Below, one piece after another: positions 18,264 to 27,463 of a DNA stretch of 41,270 bases. Where the stretch lies: positions 1 to 41,270 of the forward strand of contig JALUXH010000199.1 of assembly GCA_027019065.1 (NCBI GenBank), read 5' to 3'. Made by a program: the position numbers and the translations under genes. Every line of letters begins with the position of its first letter. Within the stretch, counting starts at the first letter, position 1. The notes beneath the pieces were generated by a model. That model was not told the DNA's origin. It searched no databases and saw nothing but the letters and a program-made list of their open reading frames with translations. The stretch comes from Anaerolineales bacterium (lineage in GTDB: Bacteria; Chloroflexota; Anaerolineae; Anaerolineales; DRMV01).

Positions 18264-19040
18264 TTAAGGGGAATAGTGCTTTTGCAGCCAGGCGTGCCCC
18301 GGGCCCTGCTGCAGGCAGCCCGCCAGCGCCGCGGCTGTGGCGGGCGCATGGCGCGGAAGGAGCGCCAGCACGGGGGCTTCCCAGGCCGGAGGATGCACTG
18401 GCAGCGCCCGCACCTTTTGCGCGGCTTTGGGGAAAGCGCTCAGCCACGCCGCGGGCAGGAAGCCCAGCGCGGCGGCGTCGTCCTGCACGGCGGTGAGCAT
18501 GGCCTGGGGAGAGGGGGCGAGGGAAGCGTCGCCGCGGCGAGGGGCGGCCCCAAGCCAGGCATCCAGCCTGGCGCGTGCGGCCGTGCCGGGCATCGGCAGC
18601 CAGAGCGCCACGGGCGGGGGCGTGCCTTGCGTGCTGCTCCAGACCTGAACCTGCCCCATCACCATGCGGCGCAGGTCGGCCTCGGCGGGCGCGGCAGGGG
18701 TGCCGCGGGGCACCACTGCCACCAGCCGCTCACGGCCCAGCGGGAAAGCGCGCCAGCCCTCGGGCGGGCTTTCCCCCCACCACAGGCGGAGGTTGGCCGT
18801 CCCGGGCGGGGCGGCTTGCTGGGACTGCGAGAACACCGCCAGGGGGACGTTCAGGCCATGGGCACAGGTCTCCAGGGCTTCCCGCACCGGCGCCAGCGAC
18901 TGAGGCAGCGCCACGACCACCGGCTTCGGCAGGGGTGTGGGCGTCGCGGTGGGGGGCGCCGGCGCGGCGGGCGTGGCCGTTGCGGGCGCACAGGCGGCCA
19001 GCAGAAGCAAGAGCAAAAAAGTCCAGCGGCGGAAGCGCAT
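18264..19040 (-). CDS. Lipoprotein with divergent periplasmic-binding (PstS/PBP_like_2)-like domain
   Basis: Lipobox LAAC, PT-rich linker, FPLGRERLVAVV...LRRMVMGQVQVW...AVQDDAAALGFL pattern. Confidence 0.6.
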   Translation of the reverse strand: MRFRRWTFLLLLLLAACAPATATPAAPAPPTATPTPLPKPVVVALPQSLAPVREALETCAHGLNVPLAVFSQSQQAAPPGTANLRLWWGESPPEGWRAFPLGRERLVAVVPRGTPAAPAEADLRRMVMGQVQVWSSTQGTPPPVALWLPMPGTAARARLDAWLGAAPRRGDASLAPSPQAMLTAVQDDAAALGFLPAAWLSAFPKAAQKVRALPVHPPAWEAPVLALLPRHAPATAAALAGCLQQGPGHAWLQKHYSP

Positions 19041-19156
19041 GAGGGGAATATACCACACGCGCCGCGGTGTTACAATAAAAATGCAGCCTGGGCTCTTCCG
19101 GGCAGCGGGCGGGCTGGAGCGTCCAAAGGCCCGCGCGTCAGTCAAAGGAGGCAAGT

Positions 19157-20869
19157 ATGCCCGAGCATGATTTCCGCGTCGTTGCACCTTCTCCGGAGGT
19201 AGAAATCTACCTGCCCGATGGGCGGGTGATTGCCGGGCCGCGCGGCGCGCCGGTGGGCGATTTCCTGCAATTGATGGCCGACGAACTCCCCGCGCCGCTG
19301 ATGGGGGCGGTGGTCAACGGCGAGTTGCACGAATTGACGTACCCCATCCGGCTGGAAGCCCGCGTGCAGCCGGTCACGCTGGCCGATTCCGACGGGATGC
19401 GCATTTACCGCCGCTCGCTGGTGTTTTTGCTGGAAGTGGCCTTTGCCGAACTTTTCCCCAACGGGCGCCTGGCCGTGGATCATTCGGTGGTTTCGGGCGG
19501 CTATTTCTGCCGCACCACCCCGCCGCTGGACGAAGCGGCGCTGCAGCGCCTGGAAGCCCGCATGTGGGAACTCGTGGCGGCCGACCTGCCCATTGTGCGC
19601 GGCGAAATGCCGCTGGATGAAGCCATGGCTTATTTCCGGTCGCACGGCCACGGCGATAAGGTACGCCTGCTGCGCCACCGCACCAAAGATTACCTCACGG
19701 TGTATCGCCTCGGTGATTATCTGGACTATCACCACGGCTACATGGTGCCTTCCACCGGCCGTTTGCGCTGGTTTGGGCTGGTGCTGGCCGGGCACGGCTT
19801 CATTTTGCGCTTCCCCCAGCGCGAAAAGCCCACCCAACTGCCGCCGATGACGCGGCCTTCCAAACTGCTGACCACTTTCCAGCAATACGGCGACTGGCTG
19901 CGGCGGCTGGGCATCAACAACGTCGGCGCCCTCAATGATGCCGTGGGAAACGGCCGCATTCGGGAAATCGTGCTGGTGGCCGAAGCCCTGCACGAGCAGC
20001 GGATTGCCGACATCGCCGGTCAGATCGCCCGCCGCCGCGACAAGGTGCGGGTGGTGCTGATTGCCGGGCCGTCTTCTTCCGGCAAGACCACCTTTTCCAA
20101 GCGGCTGGCGGTGCAACTGCTCACCCACGGGCTTTCACCTTTCCCCCTGGAACTGGACAACTACTTTGTGGACCGCGAACAAACGCCCAAAGATGAGCAC
20201 GGGAATTACGATTTTGAACACATTGACGCGCTGGACCGAAAACGGCTGGCTTCCGATGTCGGCCGCTTGCTGCGCGGCGAGGAAGTGCAGCTGCCGCATT
20301 ACAACTTCAAGGAAGGCCGCAGCGAGCCTGGGGAAGTCATTCAGCTGGCCCCCGAGCAGATTATCATCATGGAAGGCATCCACGGCCTGGACCCCCGCCT
20401 GCTGCCGGGCATCCCGGGCGAGCAGACCTTTCGCATTTACGTTTCGGCTCTGACCCAACTCAACCTGGATTGCCACAATCGGGTTTCCACCACCGATACG
20501 CGCCTCATTCGCCGCATCGTGCGCGACGCCCGCGACCGCGGCTACACCGCCGAAGACACCATCGGCCGCTGGGAAGCCGTGCGCCGCGGCGAGAAACGCT
20601 GGATCTTCCCTTTCCAGGAAGAGGCCGATGTGATGTTCAACTCCGCGCTGGTCTACGAACTGGCGGTGCTCAAGCCGTTCGCCGTCCCGTTGTTGCTGCA
20701 GGTGCCCCACCACACCCCGGCACACATTGAAGCCAAGCGCCTGCTTTCATTGCTGGAATGGTTTGTGCCCGTAGATACGGCGCTGGTGCCCGATGATTCC
20801 CTTTTGCGGGAATTCGTGGGCGGCTCTATCTTGCGCGATTTCCTCTTGTGGCAAAACGGCATGCACTGA
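19157..20869 (+). CDS. Uridine kinase/PRK-family nucleoside kinase with N-terminal ThrRS-like (TGS/editing) domains
   Basis: GMRIYRRSL ThrRS-like segment; IAGPSSSGKTT, LDNYF, MEGIHGL, RRIVRD..RG, FNSALVYEL; AAGGAGG RBS. Confidence 0.85.
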   Translation: MPEHDFRVVAPSPEVEIYLPDGRVIAGPRGAPVGDFLQLMADELPAPLMGAVVNGELHELTYPIRLEARVQPVTLADSDGMRIYRRSLVFLLEVAFAELFPNGRLAVDHSVVSGGYFCRTTPPLDEAALQRLEARMWELVAADLPIVRGEMPLDEAMAYFRSHGHGDKVRLLRHRTKDYLTVYRLGDYLDYHHGYMVPSTGRLRWFGLVLAGHGFILRFPQREKPTQLPPMTRPSKLLTTFQQYGDWLRRLGINNVGALNDAVGNGRIREIVLVAEALHEQRIADIAGQIARRRDKVRVVLIAGPSSSGKTTFSKRLAVQLLTHGLSPFPLELDNYFVDREQTPKDEHGNYDFEHIDALDRKRLASDVGRLLRGEEVQLPHYNFKEGRSEPGEVIQLAPEQIIIMEGIHGLDPRLLPGIPGEQTFRIYVSALTQLNLDCHNRVSTTDTRLIRRIVRDARDRGYTAEDTIGRWEAVRRGEKRWIFPFQEEADVMFNSALVYELAVLKPFAVPLLLQVPHHTPAHIEAKRLLSLLEWFVPVDTALVPDDSLLREFVGGSILRDFLLWQNGMH

Positions 20870-20903
20870 ACGGCCGTCCCTGCACCTGCAGAGGAGGTAC
20901 GCC

Positions 20904-22016
20904 ATGAGCACATTAGGAGAACTGCTTGACAACCTGACCACCGAAGGGGAACTCTACGAACCGCTGGATGATGGCAGCGTGCGCTGCCTGGCCTGCGGGC
21001 ACCGGTGCGTCATCAAGCCGGGGCGGCGCGGGGCGTGCCAGGTGCGCTTCAACCGCGGGGGCAAACTGATGGTGCCGTGGGGTTACGTGGCCGGGCTGCA
21101 GGCCGACCCCATTGAAAAAAAGCCCTTCTATCATTTCATGCCCGGGACCGATGCCCTCACGTTTGGCATGTTGGGCTGCGACATGCATTGCCCCTTCTGC
21201 CAAAACTGGCTCACCTCGCAGGCCATGCGCGACCCGGCGGCCAACGTGGCCGGCCGCTTCGTCCGCCGCATCACCCCCGAAGCCGTCGTCCAGGCGGCGC
21301 TGCGCACCGGTGCTTCTACGATGGCTTCTTCCTACAATGAGCCGCTGATTTCCGGCGAGTGGGCGGTCGGCGTCTTCCGCCTGGCAAAACAGCACGGCCT
21401 GAAAACGGTCTTTGTTTCCAACGGCCACGCCACGCCGGAGGCGCTGGAATTCCTGAAGCCCTGGCTGGACGGCTACAAAGTAGACCTCAAAACCATGGAC
21501 CCGCGGGAATACCACAAACTCGGCGGCAATCTCAATCGGGTGCTGGATACCATCCGCTCGGCGCACGAAATGGGGTTCTGGGTAGAAGTGGTCACGCTGG
21601 TGATCCCCGGCTATAATGACAGCCTGGGCATGTTGATGGATGCCGCGCGTTTCATCGCCTCGGTTTCCCCCAACATTCCCTGGCACGTCACGGCTTTCCA
21701 CCCCGATTACAAGATGACCGACCCGCCCCCCACCTCGGTGGAAACGCTGATTCGCGCCGCCGAAATCGGGCAGGAAGCCGGGCTGCATTTTGTTTATGCA
21801 GGCAATCTGCCCGGCCATGTGGGGGAATACGAAACCACCTTTTGCCCCCATTGCGGGGCGCCGCTCATCCGGCGCTGGGGCTACGTGATTGAGGAATACC
21901 ACATCACGGCAGAGGGCACCTGCCCCCGCTGCGGGAAACCGGTGCCCGGCGTGTGGCCTGCCGACCCGGCCACAGTGCGCCTGGGCGGGCCGGGACGGCC
22001 GCGGCTGGTGTGGTAG
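20904..22016 (+). CDS. amrS: AmmeMemoRadiSam system radical SAM enzyme
   Basis: VRCLACGHRC...G.CQVR.N, DPIEKKPFYHF, GCDMHCPFCQNW, YNEP, WHVTAFHPDY, C-terminal CPxC pairs. Confidence 0.9.
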   Translation: MSTLGELLDNLTTEGELYEPLDDGSVRCLACGHRCVIKPGRRGACQVRFNRGGKLMVPWGYVAGLQADPIEKKPFYHFMPGTDALTFGMLGCDMHCPFCQNWLTSQAMRDPAANVAGRFVRRITPEAVVQAALRTGASTMASSYNEPLISGEWAVGVFRLAKQHGLKTVFVSNGHATPEALEFLKPWLDGYKVDLKTMDPREYHKLGGNLNRVLDTIRSAHEMGFWVEVVTLVIPGYNDSLGMLMDAARFIASVSPNIPWHVTAFHPDYKMTDPPPTSVETLIRAAEIGQEAGLHFVYAGNLPGHVGEYETTFCPHCGAPLIRRWGYVIEEYHITAEGTCPRCGKPVPGVWPADPATVRLGGPGRPRLVW

Positions 22017-22053
22017 CTCATGTGAGGCGGCGAAAGCAACATAGGGCGGGAAC

Positions 22054-22091
22054 AAAAAAGGCCTGACGGGGCAAAGCCCGTCAGGCCTTTT
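22054..22091. terminator. Bidirectional intrinsic terminator between convergent amrS and BMP genes
   Basis: AAAAAAGGCCTGACGGG-GCAAAG-CCCGTCAGGCCTTTT. Confidence 0.85.
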
Positions 22092-22109
22092 GCTTATCCG
22101 AGGGAATGA

Positions 22110-23252
22110 TTACCCGCCGGGCTTGTAGCCGGTGGAGATGCTTCCGTCGAGCAGCCCCTTGCGGATTTCGTTCAACTTGTCTTTGACATCCTGCGGGATC
22201 TTGGCGTCAAAGTCGTGGAAGGGCGCCAGGCCGGTCTTGCCATAGTAATTGCCGCTGGGGAAATCGCCCGATTTGGCTTTCTGGATAAGGTCAAACACGC
22301 CGGGGGTGATCAGTTTCATCGCGCTGCTCACCAGGCAGGGGTGCGCCTCGGGCACGGTCAGCCACTGGTCGGTGTCCACACCGATGCAGTAAACATCCTT
22401 GCCGGACTTGGCGGCGGAAGCCACCTCAATGAGCGCACCGTTGCCGGTTTTGCCGCCCGCGCCGAAGATCACATCTGCGCCCTGGTCCATGGCCTGTTTG
22501 GCGGTCGCAGCACCCCATTCGGGGTCGGTGAAAGCATTATCCAACCCGCCGGGGTGGTAAGTGGAGATGGTTTTGATATCGGGCTTGATGTACTTCGCGC
22601 CGTGTTCGTAGCCTTCCTTGAAGGCCACCACCGGCGGCACCAGGTTGGTGCCGAGCACGGCGCCAATGGTGTTGGTCTTGGTCAGCATGGCCGCCAGCGC
22701 ACCGGCGAGGAAGCCGGCCTGGTCTTCGTGGAAAATCAGGCCCGCGACATTCGCCACCGGCTTGGCCTGGAACTGGTCAACGCCGATGAACTTGATGTTC
22801 GGGTATTTCTGAGCCATTTCATCGGTCGCCTGACCGAGCGCAAAGCCCACCGTCACGATGACGTCGTAGCCGTTGTCGGCAAACAGTTGGATGTTGGTCG
22901 CGTAGTCTTTGGCATCGGTGGTTTCAATGTAATCAATTTTGTCGGCAATGCCTTTAGCCTTGGCCTCTTTGACGCCTTCCCAGGCCGACTGGTTGAAGGA
23001 TTTGTCGTCGATCTGGCCAACGTCGGTCACCAGGCCCACACAGAAAACATCGGGGCTGGTGCAGTCAACCTCGGCAGATTTGGTAGGGGCCTTGGTTGCC
23101 GCGGGCGCCTGCGTCGCGGCAGGGGCTTCGGTTGCCGCGGGCGCCTGGGTGGCGGCCGGGGCAGGGGTTGCCGTGCTCTGTTTGCCGCAGGCAGCCAGCG
23201 CCACCACGGCAATCAACAGCATGGCAACGAGAACGAAAAGTTTCTTGCGCAT
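22110..23252 (-). CDS. BMP/PnrA-family ABC substrate-binding lipoprotein (nucleoside-type)
   Basis: Lipobox LAAC, DDKSFNQSAWEG, VGF, GADVIFGAGG.TG.G, IGVD.DQ, SSAMK. Confidence 0.92.
   Translation of the reverse strand: MRKKLFVLVAMLLIAVVALAACGKQSTATPAPAATQAPAATEAPAATQAPAATKAPTKSAEVDCTSPDVFCVGLVTDVGQIDDKSFNQSAWEGVKEAKAKGIADKIDYIETTDAKDYATNIQLFADNGYDVIVTVGFALGQATDEMAQKYPNIKFIGVDQFQAKPVANVAGLIFHEDQAGFLAGALAAMLTKTNTIGAVLGTNLVPPVVAFKEGYEHGAKYIKPDIKTISTYHPGGLDNAFTDPEWGAATAKQAMDQGADVIFGAGGKTGNGALIEVASAAKSGKDVYCIGVDTDQWLTVPEAHPCLVSSAMKLITPGVFDLIQKAKSGDFPSGNYYGKTGLAPFHDFDAKIPQDVKDKLNEIRKGLLDGSISTGYKPGG
23091..23162 (-). repeat. Intragenic 18-bp tandem repeat x4 encoding an APAAT(Q/E/K) linker
   Basis: APAATQ APAATE APAATQ APAATK directly after the lipobox region. 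Confidence 0.85.
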
Positions 23253-23334
23253 CTTGCTCCTCCTGAAAGAGAAAAGGGGTCACGACGGGCGTAAGTATAG
23301 CCGTTTTTGCCGTTTCCAGCAAGGCAAAATGTCC

Positions 23335-23480
23335 GGTGATTACCCAGATCTCTCCCCACCCCCGCCCCGCCGGGGCCTCCCCCTCCCCTCCCTTTGTAAG
23401 GGAGGGGAGGGGGAAAAGCCGCCGCAGGCGGCTTGGGGGAGGGGTGAGATCACCCTTCTTCCGAGTTTTGGGTAATCACC
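23335..23480. repeat. IR-bounded palindromic repeat element (CIR/RPE-like core)
   Basis: Perfect 12-bp IR GGTGATTACCCA / TGGGTAATCACC bracketing a 17-bp IR (23378-23414) and an AAGCCGCC-GCA-GGCGGCTT hairpin. Confidence 0.7.
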
Positions 23481-23494
23481 AGCCCAAAAAGGGG

Positions 23495-23531
23495 TTGCTT
23501 TTTGAAGGATTCTAATTTATAATTGCTCTAA
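23495..23531 (+). promoter_or_regulatory. Promoter overlapped by Per/Fur-box-like sites
   Basis: TTGCTT-17 bp-TATAAT; TTATAATTGCTCTAA (23517-23531) resembles the Per box TTATAATNATTATAA, with a second weaker match on the minus strand at 23501-23515. Confidence 0.6.
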
Positions 23532-23557
23532 CCTTGATAGAATTACAAGGAAAAGCC

Positions 23558-24022
23558 ATGAACCTTTCTCCTCCCACCACAGAAGTTCCCGAAGAGCGCC
23601 TGATTGAAGCGCTGCGCGAGGCCGGCCTGCGGCTCACGCCGCAGCGGCTGGCCATCTGCCGCTACCTGGCAGGCAGCCACACCCACCCCACCCCGCAGGA
23701 AATCTACCGCGCCCTGAAGCCGGAATACCCCTCACTCAGCCTTGCCACCGTTTACAACACCCTCAGCGCGCTGGTAGAACTGGGCGCCATCCACGCCCTC
23801 GGCGATGCCGGCGACGACACCACCCACTACGACGCCGACACGGCGCCGCACATCAACCTGGTGTGCGTCCGCTGCCACCGCATCTTTGACCTTCCTCACC
23901 AGGCCGTCGCCGAACTGGAACAGGAGGCCGCCGAACACACCGGCTTCCGCATCTTTGGCGCGCGTGTCGTTTACTACGGCCTTTGCCCAGACTGCCAGCG
24001 AGCCGAAGCAAAAGAGCCATGA
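23558..24022 (+). CDS. Fur-family regulator, PerR-like
   Basis: GLRLTPQRLAI, HPT, SLATVYNTL, YD...PHINLVCVRC, CPDC. Confidence 0.88.
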   Translation: MNLSPPTTEVPEERLIEALREAGLRLTPQRLAICRYLAGSHTHPTPQEIYRALKPEYPSLSLATVYNTLSALVELGAIHALGDAGDDTTHYDADTAPHINLVCVRCHRIFDLPHQAVAELEQEAAEHTGFRIFGARVVYYGLCPDCQRAEAKEP

Positions 24023-26316
24023 GCACCCACGAACACCCCGACGAATTCCCCCGCGGGCGCTGCACCGACGTCGTCGGCGATACCCTCATCGGCTACGACG
24101 GTGTGCTGGAAACCCGGCTGGACTACGACCGCGCCCGCCTGCAAATCACCTACGACCCGCGCCGGCTGGAAGACGCCCAGGCCCGGCAAATCGCGCAGGA
24201 AGCCGCCCATCACGCCTGGGAACGCGTCCAACATTGCCCTCTGGCAGGCACCGCCTCTTGCAACGACTGCGCCGCGCGCCTGACCCACGACCTGACCCGC
24301 TTTTTCGGCCAGCCCCCCAAAGTGGTGCTTCAGGACGGCACGCTGGTGGCCCGCCTGCCCCGCCGCGCCCCTTTGCAGGCCACAGCCGAAGCAGCCATCA
24401 CCCGGCCCCCGCGAAAAGCAGCCCGCCCCCGCTGGAACAAACTCACCTGGGAAACCCTGCTGACCGTCACCACGCTGGCCGCGCTGCTGGGGGCGCTGGC
24501 AGCCGCCCGCCTGGCCGCCCCGCCGTGGGTTTCCACCGCGCTTTTCGTGCTCGCTTACGCTGCGGGCGGCTATTTCGGCTTCGTGGACGGCGTTGAACTG
24601 CTGCTCACCGAGCGGGAAATAGACGTGGATTTGCTGATGGTCGTGGCCGCCTTGGGAGCAGCCCTTGTGGGCCAGCCTGCCGACGGTGCAGTGCTGCTCT
24701 TCCTCTTCTCGCTGTCCAACACCCTTCAATCCTATGCCCTGGGGCGCACCCGCCGCGCCATTGCAAGCCTGATGGATTTGCGCCCCCCCACCGCCACCGT
24801 CCAAACCGAAAACGGCTGGGAAACCCTGCCCGTCGAGCGGCTGCGCCTCGGCGATGTGGTGATGGTGCGGCCGGGCGAGCGCTTCCCGATTGACGGCGAA
24901 GTGGTGGCCGGCAAAACCGAAGTGGACCAATCGCCCATCACCGGCGAATCGGTGCCCGTGTTCAAAGAACCCGGCGACAAGGTGTTTGCCGCCACCGTCA
25001 ACACCACAGGCACTGTTGAAGTGCGCGTGACCCACCTGGCACAGGAATCCACCCTCGCGAAAATTGTGCAACTGGTGGAAGAAGCGCAGGAAGCCAAAGC
25101 CAAAACCCAGCGCGCGCTGGAAACCTTTGAGCGCCGCTATGCCAAATTCGTGCTTGGCGGCGCGGCTTTACTGGCCGTTGTGCCGCCCCTCGCGTTCCAC
25201 ACCCCTTTCAGCCCCGCCTTCTACCGCGCCATGACCTGGCTGGTGGTGGCTTCCCCCTGCGCGCTGGTGATTTCCACCCCGGCGACCATTCTCTCGGCCA
25301 TTGCCAACGGGGCGCGCAAAGGCGTGCTCTTCAAAGGCGGCGCGCACCTGGAACGCACCGCGGCGCTGGAAGTGGTGGCCTTCGACAAAACCGGCACGCT
25401 CACCGTGGGCGAGCCGCAAGTGCAGGGCGTGTATCCTGCTGAAGGTATAGACGAAAACGACCTGCTGCGCCTGGTGGCCGCTCTGGAAGCCCGCTCTGAA
25501 CACCCCATTGCCCGCGCCCTCACCCACGCCGCCCGGGCGCGCGGCCTGGAAATCCCCCCCTCCGCCGATTTCCGGGCGGTCATCGGGCAGGGCGTGCAGG
25601 GCACGGTAGATGGCGCGCCCCTCTGGGTCGGCAACGCACGCATGTTCCACGAGCGCGCCATCTCCCTGCCCGCCCCCCTGCGCGAACAGGCCTCAGCCCT
25701 GGAAGCCGGCGGGCAAACCGTCGTCATCGCCTACCGCCCCGCCGAAAAGCGCTGGCTGGGCCTGGTGGCGGTGGCCGACACCTTGCGCCCCGAAGCCGCC
25801 GAAGTAGTCCGGAAACTGCACGCCTTAGGCGTCCGGCATGTGGTCATGCTCACGGGCGATAACGAACCGGTGGCCGCGGCCATTGCGGCCAAAGTGGGCG
25901 TGGACGAATTCCATGCCGAACTGCTGCCCAAAGACAAAGTGCGGGTGTTAAAACACCTGCAAAAGCAGTACGGCGCCGTGGCCATGGTCGGCGACGGCGT
26001 CAACGACGCCCCCGCGCTGGCACTGGCCGATGTGGGCATCGCGATGGGCGGCGCAGGCACCGATGTGGCCCTGGAAACCGCCGACGTGGTGCTCATGGCC
26101 GATAACCTCCACCATCTGCCTTACGCCATCGGGCTGGCGCGCAAAGCCCGCCGCGTGGTGTGGCAAAACCTCACCTTCGCGATGGGCGTCATCGTTTTCC
26201 TGGTGGCCTCGGCTTTCGGCGCCGGGCTTACCCTGCCGTGGGGCGTGGTCGGCCACGAAGGCAGCACCGTGCTCGTGGTGCTCAACGGCCTGCGGCTGCT
26301 GGGCTACCGCGGCTAA
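24019..26316 (+). CDS. P1B-type heavy-metal ATPase, P1B-4 subgroup (PfeT/ZosA-like)
   Basis: TGES, SPC in the metal-binding helix (VASPCAL), DKTGTLT, HP, GDGVNDAP, HEGST in the last TM; ATGA overlap with the Fur-family gene. Confidence 0.9.
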   Translation: MSTHEHPDEFPRGRCTDVVGDTLIGYDGVLETRLDYDRARLQITYDPRRLEDAQARQIAQEAAHHAWERVQHCPLAGTASCNDCAARLTHDLTRFFGQPPKVVLQDGTLVARLPRRAPLQATAEAAITRPPRKAARPRWNKLTWETLLTVTTLAALLGALAAARLAAPPWVSTALFVLAYAAGGYFGFVDGVELLLTEREIDVDLLMVVAALGAALVGQPADGAVLLFLFSLSNTLQSYALGRTRRAIASLMDLRPPTATVQTENGWETLPVERLRLGDVVMVRPGERFPIDGEVVAGKTEVDQSPITGESVPVFKEPGDKVFAATVNTTGTVEVRVTHLAQESTLAKIVQLVEEAQEAKAKTQRALETFERRYAKFVLGGAALLAVVPPLAFHTPFSPAFYRAMTWLVVASPCALVISTPATILSAIANGARKGVLFKGGAHLERTAALEVVAFDKTGTLTVGEPQVQGVYPAEGIDENDLLRLVAALEARSEHPIARALTHAARARGLEIPPSADFRAVIGQGVQGTVDGAPLWVGNARMFHERAISLPAPLREQASALEAGGQTVVIAYRPAEKRWLGLVAVADTLRPEAAEVVRKLHALGVRHVVMLTGDNEPVAAAIAAKVGVDEFHAELLPKDKVRVLKHLQKQYGAVAMVGDGVNDAPALALADVGIAMGGAGTDVALETADVVLMADNLHHLPYAIGLARKARRVVWQNLTFAMGVIVFLVASAFGAGLTLPWGVVGHEGSTVLVVLNGLRLLGYRG

Positions 26317-26349
26317 ACGCCCCGGCCGCCCCCACAAGCCCAAAAACCC

Positions 26350-26392
26350 GCCCCATCGGTGCCTGTTGGCGCAACCGATGGGGCTTTTCTTT
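26350..26392 (+). terminator. Intrinsic terminator after the ATPase
   Basis: GCCCCATCGGT ... ACCGATGGGGC followed by TTTTCTTT. Confidence 0.7.
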
Positions 26393-26437
26393 GCCAAGAC
26401 CGATAAAGAGAAACGGCGCGGCGCGCAAAGGGCGGCC

Positions 26438-27463
26438 TTATCGGCCTTCGGTTTTCCACGGAGCCACATACCACCGAAGATAGGCTTCCACATGGCGGCT
26501 CCAATAGGCTTCGTTGTGCCGGCCGACGTTGAAATGCCACTCGTGGGGGATGCCTTCCTTCGTCAACACCCCTTCAAACCAGCGCGCCGATTCGGTAATC
26601 TGGTGCTGGTCGGCATCGCCGATATCCAGGTAAATGCGCGGCCACTTGCCCGGCGGGATGCCCTGCAGCCAGGCACGAATGTGCGGCACGTCTTCCCAGA
26701 AGACCGGCGGGCTGTGGCCGCCAATGCTGCCGAACAGTTCCCAATGGGAAAGCCCCAGGTGAATGGCCCACGATGCCCCGCGGGAAAGCCCCCCGATGGC
26801 GCGGTCGCGGCGGTCGTTGCGGGTACGGAAGTGAGCCTCCACCCACGGCATGAGCACTTGCAGAAAAGTTTCATCCCAGCCGGTGTTGCGGGGCTGCTCC
26901 CATGAGCGCTCGCCGGGCATCACGATGATAAAAGGTGGCGCTTCTCCCGCGGCGATCAGGCGGTCGGCCGCGGCAGGCGCGCCCAGCCGCGCCCATTGCG
27001 TCTGGTCAAAATTTTGGCCGTGGATGAGATAAAGCACAGGGTAACGGCGGTCGGGCTGCTGCTCGTAGCACGGCGGCAGGTAAACCAGCACCGGCATTTT
27101 GTAGGTCAGGTAGCGGGAAGGCAGGGCGGCGCGGACCAGGTTCCCGCCGGCGCGCAAACAGGCGGCGGCAGGCGGCGTGGCGGTGAAGGCTGGCGCGGGC
27201 GAGAGGGCAGCGGTGGCCGCAAGGGGGGAAGGCGTTGGCAGCGGCAAAGGCGTTGCCGACGCCGCGGGGGAAACCGTCTGCGCCGGCGTCGGCGGCAACC
27301 AGGGTGTGGCCGTGCCGCGGCGCGGCGCCGCCGCGCACCCGCCCCACAAGAAAAGCCCGACGAGGAGTAACCACCATCGGGCCAATGCCGGGCGAGCCCC
27401 CCCGGCAACCTGCCGAAGCCGCGCCGGAGGCTGTTTTCCCCTTAGCGCACGCGCCGTTTCCAT
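26438..27463 (-). CDS. Exported/lipoprotein esterase (Fes/putative esterase family alpha/beta hydrolase)
   Basis: Hydrophobic signal with Cys, PT linker, VYLPPCY...YPVLYLIHG, nucleophile GGLSRG, DIGDAD, GRHNEAYW. Exact start uncertain. Confidence 0.82.
   Translation of the reverse strand: METARALRGKQPPARLRQVAGGARPALARWWLLLVGLFLWGGCAAAPRRGTATPWLPPTPAQTVSPAASATPLPLPTPSPLAATAALSPAPAFTATPPAAACLRAGGNLVRAALPSRYLTYKMPVLVYLPPCYEQQPDRRYPVLYLIHGQNFDQTQWARLGAPAAADRLIAAGEAPPFIIVMPGERSWEQPRNTGWDETFLQVLMPWVEAHFRTRNDRRDRAIGGLSRGASWAIHLGLSHWELFGSIGGHSPPVFWEDVPHIRAWLQGIPPGKWPRIYLDIGDADQHQITESARWFEGVLTKEGIPHEWHFNVGRHNEAYWSRHVEAYLRWYVAPWKTEGR

Noticed and set aside
20904-22016. Pyruvate formate-lyase activating enzyme call
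   Set aside because: N-terminal Cys cluster and DPIEKKP motif indicate AmrS; no glycyl-radical enzyme nearby.
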